Of a DNA stretch of 64,000 nt, positions 63,401 through 64,000 are shown one piece after another. The notes under the pieces were generated by a model, which did not search any database, had not been told where the DNA came from, and saw nothing but the letters and a program-made list of their open reading frames with translations. Position 1 is the stretch's first letter. Every line of letters starts with the position of its first letter. Location of the stretch: contig MCFE01000426.1 in the NCBI GenBank assembly GCA_002104905.1, positions 13,461 to 77,460 on the forward strand. Direction: 5' to 3'. This DNA comes from Basidiobolus meristosporus CBS 931.73. Its lineage: Eukaryota; Fungi; Basidiobolomycota. The position numbers and the translations under genes are program-made.

Positions 63401-64000
63401 GGGGATCAATTTTCACTCCAGAAATTAGCTGATCTTTGATCATTTTGCGCAAATAATCAAAATTGATGTGTCCAAATCTCCTGTGCCAAAGCATTGGTGT
63501 TTCTTCATTTAAGTTACTTATATTGGCTTCCAAATATGATGGAATATAAGTCAACTTGTATAGATTCTGATCTCTGATGCCCAAAGCAATATGAGCACCA
63601 TTTTGATCAGTGATCCTGCATCCAGAATTGTCAAAACTGAAACTGAGTCCTTCTGCTGTGGCCTTGCTTACAGAGAGTAGGTTCTTGGCTATTTCTGGTA
63701 CATAGAGTACTTCTTTAAAGGTCAGTGTATGGCTTCCTTCACTGCTTCTAAGGTTTACTTGGATAGTTCCTTCTCCCACTGCATCAAGTGTTCTATTGTC
63801 ACCCATGAAAACCTTCTTAATTGGAATTTCTTGATATTGGGTAAAAAGTTCTTTTTGGTGTGTAAAGTGTTGAGAAGCTCCAGAGTCAATATACCACGTC
63901 TGAGAATCCTTGTTTGTGGTCATATTTAGTGCAGATATGAATAGTCTATCTCAGTTGTTGCAGCATTTCCATATTCAGGCTTCTTTTGCTGATAATCTCT
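60423..64000 (-). mobile_element. Copia element 3: 3' LTR E (60423-60771), PPT and an intact pol ORF; the 5' part is outside the window
   Basis: LTR TG...CA of 349 bp and PPT GAGTGGGAG. Domain order PR-INT-RT-RH is diagnostic of Ty1/Copia. Confidence 0.96.
60783..63923 (-). CDS. Ty1/Copia pol polyprotein (1046 aa)
   Basis: WYIDSGAS (protease), LWHRRFGH...CEAC (integrase HHCC region), HSDLCGP / RSDNGGEY (DDE), YVDDL (RT), YSDA...RRSTTG (RNase H). Confidence 0.96.
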   Translation of the reverse strand: MTTNKDSQTWYIDSGASQHFTHQKELFTQYQEIPIKKVFMGDNRTLDAVGEGTIQVNLRSSEGSHTLTFKEVLYVPEIAKNLLSVSKATAEGLSFSFDNSGCRITDQNGAHIALGIRDQNLYKLTYIPSYLEANISNLNEETPMLWHRRFGHINFDYLRKMIKDQLISGVKIDPPANLEHCEACIYGKQARQPFKSSGLIKTKKKLDLIHSDLCGPMRNLSLGGMKYLITFIDDYTRYTWVYFMERKEEALSKLREFKAMVERETGEKIKKIRSDNGGEYTSKLFIHFCKIHGIKQETTVPYSPQQDGVAEQANRSIIDMARSMIHDQKLSYDFWAESVATAVYLKNRSYNRILCDATPFEAWYGYSPSAEHLRIFGCTAYAKKLARNQSKFEPKSVKCIFLGYCNESKAYRLYNTKAKKLIKSRDVLFDENSKFSQKMTSDDDENLISSPPIVRIELEQNNENFFTPEDSTTMVQPESVPRNIPEVIIPVLNARRSNRTRNSPNYYINEGTNLAYAYSVHIDEPQTVKEALNSSQTKFWRSAMTEEYQALMENQTWDLVKLPINQKSIGCRWVFKTKYKADGTIERYKARLVAKGYSQTKGLDYTETFAPVAKFNSIRLILAIAAKYKFFIHQMDVKTAFLNGELDEDVYMDQPDGFVDQDNPHLVCKLKKSLYGLKQSPRAWNCKIDSYLESLSFKRSNADYSIYYKPDRANPVLLALYVDDLIIATNNLETLEETKSSLSKEFKMSDLGELSYYLGIKFFIDRSTQTITLSQSKYIQDILKKYKMEDCKPAATPMETNLNLVKTQPNQESLVPSESPDFPYQSMVGSLMYIMLETRPDISYSVGVVSQHNQSYGSDHIAAVKRIFRYLKGTADICLRYTYKDSEQDLVGYSDAYWGRNLEDRRSTTGYTFLYCKGAISWNSRKQPTVGLSTTEAEYMAACEATKEAMWLRKLFTDLGLCQKTPITLFQDNQGCIQLGRNPTFHARTKHIDIRHHFIREAIENNLVSLVYCPTDELIADILTKPLARDKFEYLRSKLGLVSMSI

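Noticed and set aside
1-64000. tRNA, rRNA and CRISPR arrays
   Set aside because: No cloverleaf or T-loop context, rRNA-like sequence or repeat-spacer pattern was seen by eye.

Overview
Eukaryotic genomic DNA from an early-diverging fungus. Evidence: short 50-70 nt GT-AG introns, fungal-type housekeeping genes, a CRIB-containing WASP and a 7TM-RGS protein. Zoopagomycota or Mucoromycota is likely and Basidiobolus is my best guess (inference only). Bases 1 to ~52.6 kb are gene-dense with about 30 genes: a signal-peptide-bearing kinase, isochorismatase, guanine deaminase, two tandem STK32/YANK-like kinases, RRN3, an F-BAR-SH3 protein, RPL13, a truncated IQGAP, an F-box/LRR protein, a CBM9-like protein, 7TM-RGS, bL36m, STM1, RPL16, RPL30, an SDR, a FAD oxidoreductase, ARP3, twin orphan small ORFs, NDUFA7, an ATO transporter, an AA11 LPMO, PRP9 and WASP. 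From ~52.7 kb to the end is a CpG-depleted nest of Ty1/Copia elements (five ~350 bp LTRs, two of them solo with TSDs), a second-family solo LTR and decayed CACTA-like transposase. The most interesting signals are: (1) an apparently secreted AGC-derived kinase whose glycine loop is replaced by a CxxxxC motif; (2) mosaic, partly homogenised tandem kinase paralogues whose differences are mostly CpG transitions; (3) an IQGAP lacking its GAP half; (4) twin orphan ~110 aa proteins; (5) several bacterial-like genes that carry introns. Gene models were spliced by eye, and family calls come from recalled motifs, not from database searches.
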